From the NCBI GenBank assembly GCA_964016885.1, contig OZ024744.1, positions 34,720,001 to 34,784,000 of the forward strand: a DNA stretch of 64,000 bases, read 5' to 3'. This stretch comes from Eledone cirrhosa (Eukaryota). Made by a program: the position numbers and the translations under genes. Position 1 is the first letter of the stretch. Each line of letters starts with the position of its first letter. The notes under the pieces were generated by a model. It did not search any database. It saw only the letters and a program-made list of their open reading frames with translations, and had not been told where the DNA came from. This document shows, one piece after another, positions 13,339 to 28,206 of this stretch.

Positions 13339-16190
13339 TCTTCTGATTATATAATTTTATAGATTCTTTACCTATGGGGAGAGAGTCGGTTTCTAACATA
13401 GATACATCAACTATGTAGTTATGTATGCATGTCTGCATGCATGCATATCTATGCAGGTATGGATGTTATTGTATGTGTGGATGTGGATGTTTTGAGTTTT
13501 ATGTGTGCATGTGCATTGCTTTGTATCTGTACAAGTGTATATGCAGTTAGTAGATGCAGAATTTTTGGAATGTTTTACATATTTTTACTATTCCATTAAT
13601 GGATAGTACTTGTAATTTATTAACTAATCGTTTCCTTTCTGTTTCTGAGAAGCCCAGCATTTCAAGATTTGTACTAAGGCAGTTACTAACATATCCCAGT
13701 GCCCCGATAATTACAGGTTTAAATCTGAAGGTGTAATCAGGGTGGAGTAACTGCAGATTTCTCATTAGTTTTACATAAATATTCTCCTTTTCGCTAATCT
13801 TTGATATTATATTGGCATCTGCTGGGCAGCTAACTTCCACCACTGTGCATGCCTTCTATTCTCTGTCCCATATCATTATATCTGGTCTGTTATGCCTGCA
13901 TTTTATTGGGGTTTTTACTGGAACATTCCACGAGTACTCTTTCATATTATGTATATGTATGTCTTCCACATTGCTGTAGCTTTTAATGTTTATTATCGGG
14001 GCTATCTTTTTTACAGATTGCATTGTACTGTGTTTTGGCCACTACATCATGCCTCATAAGTAGATAGTACTGTGCTGACATCTTTGGACAGCTGCTTATG
14101 ATATGGGTGACATCTTCGATGTTAATTCTGCAGGGTCTGTATTTGTTGTCACATCTAAGTGTTTTGCCTGCATCCCTATCTCTTTTGTGAATCAGGTATT
14201 TCGTGTTGATTTCCTGTTCTTCGATTGCAAAAGCGTATCCTTCAAAGTGGTAGCCAATATAACGATAGTTGGTCCAAGATAGACTACTTTGTTTATCTAT
14301 ATTACTCTCACTCTGGAGCTTCCTGACAACTTCCCTGGGTGTGAGTTTTAATTATCATGCAGGAAGTATCTTTCAAGGAATTCCCTCCCAACTCTCATGA
14401 TCTTATCTGTTTCATGCAGATAGAGTTGCTCAATAAATGGGCTTCTACGCTTCGAGGCTCGTAGATGTTGTCGGAGGGATATGATGCGATATTCAAATGT
14501 TGTCTGGACTGATGTTAGGCCTCTGCCTCCCTGCTTACGTTTCAAGTAAAGGCGGTCTATGTCACTGTTGATGTGGAAGTTTCTGGTGTTGTTTAGTATT
14601 TTCGAGTTCCAACATCAACTGCTCGGATCTCGTCTATCGTCCAATTGAGTATTCCAAACGTTGGTGTTAGGACAGACACAGCAAACACATTGTGAGCCAC
14701 TGTTTTGTTTTGCACAGAGAGTTCCGATGACCAGATCTTTCTTGATATGGTGTAGTATTCCCTGGTTACGCGTTCTTTATTACAGATACCATTATAGGAT
14801 ATGTTCTCATCTATCGCCAGGTATCTGTAGCAGTGCTCATCAGATATCGGTGAAACAGTTAGGCCATTGATGACAATGTTGCTAGATTGGGTTGTAGTTT
14901 TTCCCCGCTTTACAGTCATATTTGAACTTTTATCTTGCACAAACTCCGTTCCTATATCTTTTGAGAATGTTGTAACCAAGTCAAGATTTTTTTTCCTCCC
15001 ATTTATGGTCTTGGCATAGAGTTTCAGGTCATCCACAAAGAAAATATGGGTTATAATCGTATTTCTGTCCTCCTGTGAGCTAATGATGTATCCTTCACAT
15101 TTCTTGAGCAGAAAGGACAAGGGGTTTAATGAGAGCGTAAATAGTATCACAGAGAGATTGTCTCCTTGAAATATAACCTTGTAATATTCTATTTTATCAG
15201 TGAAAATAGAGTTCCCCTTTTCTGTTTTTAACTTTAGGATAGTAGCCCAAGAAGAAGACAGCTTCTTTGTGGCTCTGAAAATAATGTCTGGGACTTTAGC
15301 AAGTCGGAGGGCCTCTATCATCCAAGAGTGGGGAACAGAATCGAAAGCTTTCCCGTAGTCCAACCAGACTATAGCCATATTTCTCCTAAGTTGCCGCACC
15401 TCCGACATCGCAGTTTTGTTGATTAGGAGTTGTTCAGCACACCCCCAAACACCTTTCTGTCCAGCTGCTTGTTCATCTCTGATAATGTTATTATTTTCAG
15501 TGATCTTGGAGGAATAGGTTCAGGCAGCCTGTATACATCTTATACATCAGGTCCTGGCATGCAATGGGTCGGTAGTTTTTGCTAAGTGGGTGTCTTTGTT
15601 CTTGGGGACCAGTAATCTTTGTGCTAATGTCAACCATTCTGGTATAAGTGTATCTCTCTTAAGAACTTGTTGGTAGATGTCAGTAAGATACCTCCGATAG
15701 AATATCAGTTTTTTGTACCAGTAGCCGACAATCATGTCTCTTCCTGATGTTTTCTTATCTTGGAGTTTTCCTATCACAGTCTCAAGGGTACCCTCACTTA
15801 TTTCGTATGTTTCTGTTGTAGTGTAGGATCAATAGCTCTTTCGGATTTCTTTTAGCCACACTGCATCTTGGTTGAAATTCTTCTTTTCACTCCATATTTT
15901 TCTCCAGAAGGAATCTATGTCTTTCTGGGATGGGGCCTCAGTGACACTTATTATTTTGCCCTTTATATGTCTATAGACTGATGTTTGGTTTCGTCTGAAT
16001 CTTTTATAAAGTACTTTTCTTTCGTCTACCTACTTCAGGTATCGATCTTCCTCCCTGACAGCACCCAATTCTTGTTTTAGGATGATCAGCTTATATTGAA
16101 GAGTTCTAGTTGTACAGTTACCAAACATCGTTTCTCTTCGTTGGCGAGGAGTGAAGTTGTTTGCGTTTGTTTGCAGGTAAGGCGCATTGT
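13339..16190 (-). mobile_element. 5'-truncated decayed R4/Dong-clade non-LTR retrotransposon (RT, CCHC, RLE)
   Basis: WLDYGKAFDSVPHSW, IFQGDNLS, FFVDDLKLYA, RKQGGRGL, CRxC...HIISSC, RHDVVA, HNRPDI, VEVSCP. Both ends abut (ATAC)n. Confidence 0.9.
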
Positions 16191-16279
16191 GTGTGTATGT
16201 ATGTATGTATGTATGTATGTATGTATGTATGTATGTATGTATGTATGTATGTATGTATGTATGTATGTATGTATGCATG

Positions 16280-16590
16280 TGAAGGCACGTGGCTTTATGG
16301 TTAGGGTATTCGGCCCGCAATCGTAAGTCGTAAGTTCAAATACCGGATGCAAGTTGTGTCTTTGAGCAATACACTTTATTTCACGTTGCTCCAGTCCACT
16401 CACCTGGAAAAAATGAGTTGTACCTTTAATTCGAAGGATCAGCCTTCTCACATTCTGTGTCACGCTGAATCTCCTTAAGGGTACATGTCTGTGAAATGCT
16501 CAGCCACTTGCACGTTCATTTCATGAGCAGGCTGTTCTGTTGACCGGATCAATTGAAACTCTCATAATCGTAACCGACGAAGTGCCCAGT
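16280..16590 (+). mobile_element. tRNA-derived SINE (second family, full length)
   Basis: gaaggcacgtggctttatggttagggt...agttcaaataccgg head. Body homologous to 12190-12430. Confidence 0.75.
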
Positions 16591-16616
16591 ATATGTAATA
16601 TGTATGTGTGTGCGCG

Positions 16617-16717
<101 letters not shown>

Positions 16718-16961
16718 GTTTGTTTGTTTATATGCGCAGGGACATAAAACTAGTCGGTTTGAATCCCGAGCACATGGTTAGCTCGTCGAGAGTGAGAAAC
16801 CCTTCCATCTTGTTAGGATATCATTATAGGAAAAGGGAAACTCTGATGTAAAGCCTGTAACACGATGGCAACCAATGAGGTTAAAATAATCACAAGTTCT
16901 TCAATTGAAACAACCAATATCCTCCTTGTTTAACACGAAAAAATCCATAATTGGTACACAG

Positions 16962-17070
<109 letters not shown>

Positions 17071-17185
17071 AACGGGCTGTGACCCTGTCGCGGGACCACC
17101 AACACGGCCAGTCTGTGGAGCTAACATTGCTAGTAACTACAGACTGTCCTACTTCCTCTCCCTGATCATACGCCCCATCATTGAG

Positions 17186-18937
17186 ATGTCCCCAGATGTA
17201 TTTGACAGCACGGAGGACCTCCTCAGCAGAATCGGCGTGAGAAACCGATCTGGGGACCTAACAGACTGCATAATAGGCAGTATGGATGTTGTGTCCCTGT
17301 ATCCATCTATTGACGTGGATTTTGCTGTGGAGAAATGCGTAGAAATGATCAGCGAGAGCAAGGTTGAGTTCCGTGGGATTGATACCAGTGAGCTGGGAAT
17401 TCTACTTAAGCTTACCCATAGTAATAGTTACCTAGACACTTATGACCTTAGCAACCTGTGCCCTACAAGACCAGCAAGAGGCAGACCACCTACCATTACC
17501 TCAATGGCCAAGAAAACCCACACAGATAGATGGAACGGGTGGACCAGAGCCATACGGACACCCGAAAACCACGATGAACTGAAGAAAATGATTGCACATG
17601 CGGTAGGGGCCAGCATAAAATTAACCCTTAAGGAACATATGTTCAAATTTAATGGTAAAACATATGCCCAAGAGGAAGGAGCAGTCATTGGTGTTAGCAT
17701 TGCAGGCGACATAGCTAACTTATTCATGGTATGGTGGGACAGTAGACTTAAACAAAAACTTAAAGAACAATTAAAAGACAGCTTAACCCTGATAATGTAC
17801 TCCCGCTACGTAGATGATATAAACATCGTAGTTAAGACACCCCCACTAAAGAACAGTCAGGAACTAGAGAAAAACACAATGGAAAGCATCCAGCAAATAG
17901 CAAACTCCATCCACCAGAGCATTAGAGTTACTATAGACTACCCAAGTAGACACCCCAACCATCGATTACCTGTACTAGACACAGAGCTCTGGTTAGATAC
18001 CATTAACAACCAAAAACAAATCCTCCATTCCCATTACGCCAAACCCATGACTTCCAAACATCTGATCCACCGAAACTCGGCCATTTCGGACCATACCAAA
18101 ATCAACATACTGATTGCGGATTTGGTACGGGTGATGAGAAATGTGTCCCGCATGTGCAACCCCGAAGAACTAGAGAGACACATACAACACTTCATCCACC
18201 GTATGCAGTTCTCTGGCTACAATCAGAGCGATAGAATCAGAGTGTATAGAGGAGCCAGAACCAAATGGGAAAAAATGGTAAATAATGACATAAATGGGAC
18301 CTGCCCCTTGTATAGGAGCAAATTTTGGAATAGAATAAAAAGAACTAGGAACAAGGCCAATAGAATAAACTCATGGTATGATAACAATAAATACCAGAGT
18401 GTAATGTTCATCAATACAACCCCTAGAGGCGAACTAGCCTACAAATTTAGAAGGGCCCTAAATAAACATAAACTCAATATTAAGATAGTAGAAAGACCAG
18501 GTACCTCCGTAAAAATACTTATTAGCAAGACATACCCGTTCCCAAAACCCTCATGTATAGATAAGAAATGTATAACCTGTAAAATAATCCCCCATATTAA
18601 CTGTAAAACTAGAAATGTAGTGTATAGCATAAGATGAACTGAAGGACAATGTAGAAACAAAAATATAGTGTACATAGGTGAGACAGCTCGTAGTATAGGG
18701 GAACGAATAAATGAACACTGGCTAGACCTTCAAGATAATAAAGAATCATCTGTGCTCTACCAACATGCTAAGATAGAGCACAAGGGCAAATTAGAGAACA
18801 TAGAAATAAAAATAGAATCCGCACACAGAAAAGATGCAATGTTTAGGCAAATTACAGAGGCAGTAAGCATAAAAGAATTACAACCAAAATTAAATAGAAA
18901 ATATGAGTGGAACAGCAACATCACAACTTACAATTAA
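17186..18937 (+). pseudogene. Penelope RT-GIY-YIG polyprotein with a single in-frame TGA at 18635-18637
   Basis: GSMDVVSLYPSID, YAQEEGAVIG, YSRYVDD, LPVLD, CxxxxCxxC, NVVYSIR*TEGQC...VYIGETARSIGERINEH...RQITEA. ORFs 17186 and 18668 are in the same frame. Confidence 0.9.
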
Positions 18938-19153
18938 GGACAGAATGAAAACACACACACACATAGAACAAACAACCAACCAACAACATGTAAATAAATA
19001 AATAAATAAATAAACAAATAGATAAATGAACACAAACACACACAGACACCCGGATGTGGCGCATGCGCAAACTGAGCACACAACACACACACAAAAACAA
19101 AATGGCGTAGGACAGAGGAAAGGAAAGGCACAGAAACAAAGAAAGGAATCCCC

Positions 19154-19198
19154 AGTCACTGAAGAGGTCACAGAGTGTGTGACGAAAGGACTATGACT
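19154..19198 (+). ncRNA. Minimal type I hammerhead ribozyme motif in Penelope pseudo-LTR
   Basis: AGUCA-CUGAAGA-G-GUCACA gagug UGUGAC-GAAA-GGAC-UA-UGACU. Stem I is 5 bp, stem II 6 bp, stem III minimal. Confidence 0.8.
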
Positions 19199-19416
19199 AT
19201 ATATAAACAACTATCTGGTTGTGGAACCAACCAACCAACCAGAAATTTATAAGTTTGTAGATTTGTAAATTTATAAATTTATAAATATATAATAAATTGA
19301 AGTGAAAGCAACTGGTGCGTGTGTTTCTTATTGGCAACATGACCCTCCCAAAGTATAACAATATCGGTTTCAACACACGATTTCAGATAAAGAATCTTGC
19401 TAAACAAATTCAGAAA

Positions 19417-19505
<89 letters not shown>

Positions 19506-19587
19506 TATATTGTTATATTTGGGGAGGGTCATATTTGCGTAATATTGCCAGAATTAATAATATAAGTATATAAATATTTATATATAT

Positions 19588-19780
19588 GAAAAGAGTCAAG
19601 ACCCTGACGGCAGAGCTCAAGCCGTTTCGACGGCTATTTCTGGTCCAGAAATAGCCATCAAAACGGCTTGAGCTCTACCGTCGGGGTCTTGACTCTTTTC
19701 CTATTACCCACTCTACTATCCAAAGTATCGAGTACTCTGGTGCGTTATGGTCCACCTGGTTCCTTACCACACTTCCTTCG

Positions 19781-19783
<3 letters not shown>
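19588..19783 (+). repeat. 113-bp palindrome (19588-19700, centre 19644) plus unique tail, bounded by TA-rich tracts
   Basis: gaaaagagtcaagacc...ctatttctgg-t-ccagaaatag...ggtcttgactcttttc, with few mismatches. Confidence 0.9.
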
Positions 19784-19856
<73 letters not shown>

Positions 19857-19857
19857 C

Positions 19858-20020
19858 TTCTACAGGACTAGAACTGTTTCATTCGAAGGAAATCTTTCCT
19901 GGTGATTTCCTCCGAATGAAACAGTTCTAGTGCTGTAGAATCCATTTCTATATTAATTATTTATACTCTGCTATGTATTGAGTACCTTACTTACTGTGGT
20001 TACCCCCGATTGAACCTGGG
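19858..20020 (+). repeat. Hairpin (arms 19858-19894 / 19904-19940) plus tail, after (TA)n
   Basis: ttctacaggactagaactgtttcattcgaaggaaatc / gatttcctccgaatgaaacagttctagtgctgtagaa. Confidence 0.85.
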
Positions 20021-20459
20021 ATACACACACACAGAAACACACACAAACACACACACACATACACACACACAGCTTTCATTATATAAAATCTCCCCATTTT
20101 ACCTCATTTCTCTCCGTTTGAGGCACTTTTTTCATGGTACTCCCGTTTGGGTTTTTAGAGGTTAGCAGGTCTATGAAAGTGCCCCCTCCTTCATGTGTAA
20201 GGTTAATTAGTCTCTAATACTTAAACACCTCAATGAATGGATAAAATAAGATAACACTCAGAAAAGCAATATTTACATATATAATAATCTCCCTAACATG
20301 GTTTCGTCGGCGAAAGATCAATTTACTGTAAATACCAATATTTGAAGAATCCACAATACTGTTCAGGGAAGTTTATTCTTCAAGACCTGAGGCTCTATTG
20401 ATCATGAAATTATACATACCGTTTCCATTGTTGGGGCGACAGGCTGTCCAAAATCACGT

Positions 20460-20655
20460 TGCGTTCTTAAACTATTAAATGATAAAATATCGCTCCTTAC
20501 TCACCACCATAGGCGCTGAGCTGGCCAGCCGCAGGTGTGAGCCCCGTGAGTTGGAGTGGCTTTTCCAGCGCGTCTCCCTTGCTGTCCTCCGGGGAAACGC
20601 CTTCTCCATTCTATCCGCCGGGGCTGTGGGTGGGCCCCATCGCGTACCGTTTTAG
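20460..20655 (+). mobile_element. CRE-clade non-LTR extreme 3' fragment
   Basis: EPRELEWLFQRVSLAVLRGNAFSIL matches the FQRxSxAxxRGNA C-terminal motif. Confidence 0.7.
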
Positions 20656-21179
20656 TTGTTGTATACAGATATTAACTCATCAATCCTATACAGAACTATA
20701 GTTATTTATCGTTATAACGGCCTGACTACATGTGGCTGTGAAGAGCAGATACATATCGTCTCTGTTATTCTGAAGTTACTTCCATGTTGAGTAATCATCT
20801 CCTGGATAACATTCGTGGTACTTCGCAAACATTTCTACTATGATGTAATTTGACAGTTTATCCCAGTTTATCTATCTATCTATCTATCAATGAGACGAAC
20901 GTATCGATCTCACATTAAACTATACTTCTTCAAATTACTTAATATAACATAACTCATATATTAGGATTATGTAACAGGCTTATAATGCCGCTAGAACGAT
21001 GTGTGTGTGTGTAAACACACATACATGTGTATATTATATTATAGTATATATATATATATATATATATCACTAGACTTGTTTCATGTTCCAGACAGTAGAA
21101 TTGTTATTATAATAGAATAGCAGTGAGAATGAGAGTGGTGAAATATGTGAGCTTATACATGCAAAAACACATCTAAACA

Positions 21180-22410
<1,231 letters not shown>

Positions 22411-22464
22411 AAATTTGTACATATGTTGCAACACTGACTTTGACTTTTTTAATCTTTCTCTCTC

Positions 22465-22555
<91 letters not shown>

Positions 22556-23139
22556 ATGCCGATTTTGTTCCGTTTTCTGCGGTTGAAAGTACGGTGAAGT
22601 TATAAATTCATTTAAAGATATATACATATTTAAATGAATTGGTGATTTTGCCGTACTTTTTACGCACACACACACACACACACATATATATGTATATATA
22701 TATATATATATATATAAAACTAAAAATCAGTGATGCATCTGAACTCAATTTATTGTGTGTTACAATTGTTTCGCCGGCAGACAGCTCGAGACGTGGTCAT
22801 TGTGCGGATCTGTCTGATTCTGGACCCGCAGGTTCGACGGACACGTCTAATGATTTCGGAGCATATTCTCAGTGAGAATATGTTTTTTGGGGGCCCGGAG
22901 AGTGGAGAGCCGTTGGTCTTTGCTGTAAAGCAAACAATTATTATTATATAAAAACTGAACTGGAAAAGTCAACAGTTGACATGATTTTGATTTTGTATCA
23001 GTACTGACGGTTATATATATAGATATGTATGTGTGTGTTTGTATGCATGACTGTTGGTGTGTGAGTGAGTGTGTGTGTGTGTGTCGTGAGTGTCAATAAG
23101 AGTTTTTGTTTTGTTTTGTTGTTTATGACCATGCTGTAA

Positions 23140-26100
23140 AATGGACGAGTAGAGAGGGCCCATGAGTCCAGTAAGACATCCTCTCTAGTGCTGGTGGCAC
23201 AAATGAAAGCACCCTGTCCATGCTGTAAAGTGGCACTGGTGTTCGGAAGGGCATCCAACCAGTGTATCAATGCCAAAACGATTATAAGCACAGCAACAAA
23301 TATATAGGAACAACAAAATATGAAGACGCCGCATCTCAGAGTTGCAACACTTAATGTTGGCACTCTCACAGGTAGATCTGGTGAAATAGCGGAGATGCTG
23401 GAGAGAAGGCATGTGGATGTGTGCTGCGTGCAAGAGGTGAGATGGAGAGGTGCCTCTGGGAGACTAGTCGTAGGCAAATATCTTAGCTATAAGCTTTTCT
23501 GGGTAGGTAAGGATGATGGGTTAAGGGGAGTAGTCATTTTCCTGGCTGAGAGATGGATCAATAAGAGAATAGAGGTAGTTCGAGTTAGTAATCGAATAAT
23601 TAAGCTTAGATTAGTTGTAGGCAGGAGACTACTGACAATCATCTCTGCCTATGATCCCCAAGCAGGCCTAGGCAAAGATGAGAAAACTGCTTTTACGAGC
23701 AACTTTTACAAATAACCTCAATGACAGAGGACGGAGACATCGTTATGCTAGCAGGGAACTTCAATGGTCATGTTGGACAGCTGGGGTACATGGTAGGCAC
23801 AGTTACGGCTCAAGAAATGAAGAAAGAGTGAGACTTCTTGAATTTTGTGATGCAAGTACACTGACTATTTGCAACACAAACTTCCAGAAACCTGCTAACC
23901 ACCTAATAACCTACAAATCAGGCGAGCACATAAGCCAGATTGACTTCTTACTAGTTAGTCAGCGGACAGGCAGATGGTGTCTAATATCAAGGCATACCCT
24001 GGGGAAGAATGTACCCCACAGCATAGGTTAGTCGTTAGTGTTATCTCAGTAAGCAAGAGATGGAATGAGACACACAGGAAGGTGTGGAGAAGAAAGGTCT
24101 GGAAGCTAAAAAACCTTTCACTAAAATACAAATTTGGGAAAGCCCTTCAAGATGTGTATGACGAAAAAGAAGACGCTTTAGAGACGTATGACATAGATAA
24201 TAACTGTAATTTCTTACGTGACAACTTATTGCAAGCTGCTGATAAACGTGTGGCTGGAGCAGAGCTCCAACCAGACAGAGAGTCACCTGGTGGTGGAACA
24301 GCACAGTAGATAAGGCCATTAGAGACAAAACACTAGCATGGAAGGCTTGGAAAAAGGGTGGGAGTATAGAAGGATATAAAGCCGTTAAGAGAGAAGCTAG
24401 ACGTCAGGTGTACTTAGCATGCAGGGAGGCTGAGAGTAGAAGGTTTGCCAATGTTCTGCGACGGGAAGATCAGAGGCGTGAGGTGCTCTGCATTGCAAGG
24501 CAGTGTGTCAATGCAAATCAGGATGTTGTTGGAGATATGTGTCCGGATGATGCCGGTGAACTTACTGTCACGAATTATCAGAAAAAGGAGGCCTGGAAAT
24601 GTCATTATGAGAGACTGATGAATGTGGAGAACGAATGGGAGAGAGAAAAATTACCTTCAGTAGACCCGACAGAGGGACTAGCTATTGAGATTGAGGAATA
24701 TAGGGTCCAAGAGGCGATTAAGGAAATGAAAAATGGTAAGGCTGCTGGACCATCGGGGATAGTTGCTGAGATGCTAAAGGCATCAGGGGACGTAGGCACT
24801 AAACTGGTTGCACGCATCATCAATCAAGCTATATATGGTGGTGTCATACCAAAAGACTGGTGCAGCAGTATTCTCATAAATTGCTACAAAGGTAAAGGGA
24901 TGCTCTGGAGAGGAGCAATTATAGGGGTATAAAACTGATGGATCAGGTTATGAAAGTGGCAGAAAGGATATTAGCACAACTCATTAGAGAAGGGGTCAAA
25001 CTAGATGAGATGCAGTTTGGTTTTGTGCCTGGGAAGAGTACAACAGATGGCCTCTTCTTGGTGAGACAATTACAAGAGAGGTTCTTAGAGAAAAATAAGC
25101 CACTATACTTAACCTTTGTTGACCTAGAGAAGCCCTTTGATAGGGTACCCCGGTCTGTCATCTGGTGGTCCCTAAGGAAACTATGTGTTGAGGAATGGCT
25201 TGTGAGGACAGTGGTACTTTGTACAGAGGTACTGTCAGTAAAGTCAGGGTAGAAATGGAGTTTAGTAAGGAATTCCAGATATAAGTAGGAGTACATCAAG
25301 GTTCGGTTCTCAGCCCGCTCTTGTTCATTATAGTCCTCCAAGCCATAACAGAGGAGTTTAAGACTGGCTGTCCATGGGAACTTCTCTATGCTGACGATCT
25401 GGTTCTTATAGCAGAATCAGTAGAGGAGCTAGAGAATAAATTCTGGCTCTGGAAACAGCAGTTGGAAGCAAGAGGACTGAGAGTGAAGCTAACTAAGACA
25501 AAAGTGTTGATGAGTAGAAAAGAGGACAAAACCCTGATTCCATTAGGGAAATGGCCATGTTCGATATGCAGAAAAGGAACTGGCATAAATTCTATAAAAT
25601 GTACACAATGCAGATCCTCTGTACACAAGAGATGTAGTGGGATAGCAGGCAAACTAACAGGTAGGGAGTAATACGTATGCAGTAGATGTACAGGGAAATG
25701 TACAGTAGAAGTCGCATTGATATAAACATTTTTCAAATGGCGGGTGCTATAGAAGTGGTGGATAGCTTCCGGTACCTAGGAGATCAGATTAGCATGGGAG
25801 GGGGAGGGGGGTGTTCCGAGGCCATAGTATCTATAATAAGGACGGGTTGGAAGACGTTTAGGGAGCTGCTTTTTCTGCTGACGAACAAGGGTTTCTCCCT
25901 GCGTACGAAAGGCCGGTTATATGATGCCTGTTTGAGGAACGCGATGTTGCATGGTAGTGAGACATGGGCAGCAACTGCAGAGGATATGCGAGGGCTGGAG
26001 AGAAATGAGACAAGCATGCTCTGTTGGATGTGCAGTGTCAATGTGAACGACCCAGCATAAATGTGTTGAGAGAGAAACTGTGTCTGAGAGGGATAGAATG

Positions 26101-26388
26101 TAGTGTGCGAGAAAGAAGAATGAGGTGGTATGGACATGTGATGCGCATGGAGGATGACCGATGGGTGAAGAAGTGCCAGGAAATGCCAGTTGAAGGAAGA
26201 CGTGGTAGAGGTAGACCACGAAAAACATGGGCGGAGGTGGTGAGAGCAGACCTCAGATCATTGAAGCTCACGGTGGAGATGACGAAGGACCGTGAAAAGT
26301 GGAGAGATGCTGTGCTGAATTAGAACCATCCCACCCTGGCAAGCAGGGAAAAGCGGAGGTAAAATAATGATGATGATGAGGATGAGGA
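23140..26388 (+). mobile_element. Nearly full-length decayed RTE LINE (APE + RT) with (GAT)n tail
   Basis: TLNVGTLTG, CVQEVRWRG, SQIDFLL, QHRLVV, QFGFVPG, FVDLEKPFD, LLYADD, RWYGHVMR, GRGRPRKTW. Many frameshifts. Tail gatgatgatgag. Confidence 0.93.
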
Positions 26389-26559
26389 TATATATATATA
26401 TATATATATATATAAATCAGGATTGATTCAGTTAGAAACTGGTAAGACCATTACTCACCAGAATACTCAATATTTAGGGTACATATATAAAAGATCCTGG
26501 AACTAGCTGTTGGAAAGGCAAGAGCTCAGCCGTCTGAGTCCCGACTTTTTCATATATAT

Positions 26560-28003
26560 ATATATATGAAAACAGGGAGAAAGAGAAGATTATTAGGAAG
26601 AAAAAAATTTTTTTTTTCCTTTTTTGTCTCTCTCTCTCTCTTTTCTGGGTTAGAAAATGATTAAAACGAAATGTTTTACTTTGTGTGAAGTGTTAAGGTA
26701 TTAGTTGATTAATTTATTATTTAAGAATGGCATTTATTTATCTATTTATATATTTAATTATTGTCTATTACCGGTTTCTGCATTTATATACATTATCAAA
26801 TGATAGTGAGATGTATCAGTGTGGTGTCGCACATGTTACACAGAAGGTGCAGAAAGAATAATGTTATTTACAAACAAGGTTTATGAAGTGTAAAGAAAAA
26901 AGAAAAAAGAAAAAAGAAAAAAGAAAAAGAGAACGGACATAATGTAGAGCATAAAAAGTCAATGTGGAAGAAAAAATAATGTTATTTACAGGCATAGTTC
27001 TTGAAGTTAAGCAGTTCAAAATGTGTTAATATAGCAAGAGTACTTAGTTGATCCATGATTCCATGAAGGAGGCAAATGGTGGACTGAGGTTTGATATGAT
27101 TTCCCTTTTTAGAGAGTTAATATGCAGGGGGAAGCAATTCTTGCTGGATGATATTTAATTTATTTAAGAAAAAGGGTTAAGTAGGGTGTGAGGCAGGTAA
27201 CTTTGTAAATGTTTGATTGTTGCAGTTTTAGATTGGTCCGATTTTTAGAGCATTAAGTAGGGGTTGGAAATTGTTAATGAAATGTGTTTCCTTATTGGTA
27301 CGTTGGATGAAAGTAGCGTTGTCTATGAATTTGTAAATGGGGAAAACTTTAAAGTTTGGATGTTGGTTGTGAGCCCAATTGGCGATATGTTCACTAAATG
27401 CAATCTTTCTGTATTCCTGTATTTTAATTTGTGATTTATGGACGGTCATACGTTGTCGGAGGCTGTTTTTTGTCTGTCCTATGTAGTGCTCTTGACAACC
27501 TGAGCAGGTCAAAACATAGATTAGGTTTTCAGATGCACATGTAAAGTTGTGTTTAACTGTGAAACGCTGTCCTTGTTTAAAATGTAATGTTGAACCTGCT
27601 ACACACGACTAGAAGAATTAAAAAACACACTTATCAGCAGAAACTACCCACCATCTCTAATCAAAAAGGGATTCCAACGTGCCCTAAAACTAGACATCCA
27701 GGAACTCAGACACCCCAAACGCAGGAATGAACCGCAACAAAAAACTCTACCATACATCTCCACACACAACCCCCTCAGCAATGAGGCATTCGACACCATC
27801 CTCCAGAACATTCCTTTACTAAAAAGAGACCCAAGAATGAACAAAATCCTCCAAACGCACAACATCATAAAGAGCAAAAGACAACCTAAATCCATAAAAA
27901 ACATCCTCACACAAGCCAAAATCCAACAAACCCTCACAATGAACCCTACAGTAACAAAATGCGGAAGGCCCAACTGTGGCATATGCATAAATCTAATAGA
28001 AGG
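26560..28003 (-). mobile_element. Penelope-like element 3' part with inverted 5' segment (27598-28003 on + strand)
   Basis: Minus strand gives FTCASENLIYVLTCSGCQEHYIGQTKNSLRQRMTVH (GIY-YIG). Plus strand gives RNYPPSLI...LPYISTHNP...RQPKSIKNIL...KCGRPNCGIC (thumb/linker). Confidence 0.88.
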
Positions 28004-28206
28004 GAATCTGAAAAGGTAACGGGCGAAGGATTCAAGAGTACACGCTTTGTCCGTTCCCATGTCGATTCAATTTGGATTGCCTCGGAAACATAACCTTATT
28101 ATGTAAGAAGCTGTCTGGTGATGTCACGGCACTGGGCACACCGAAGCGTGTGGCCTCTGTCGTCATTGAAATAGTATCACAGCATTATCATTAAAAGACT
28201 TTAACA

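Noticed and set aside
23150-23215. HDV-like ribozyme at the 5' end of the RTE LINE
   Set aside because: A P1-like stem exists but P2, L3 and J4/2 do not fit, and there is only a single decayed copy.
26765-26810. Hammerhead 3' of the 27 kb Penelope (minus strand ttgataa...gaaaccggta)
   Set aside because: Position and palindromic CCGG fit, but the core has two substitutions. At best a dead remnant.
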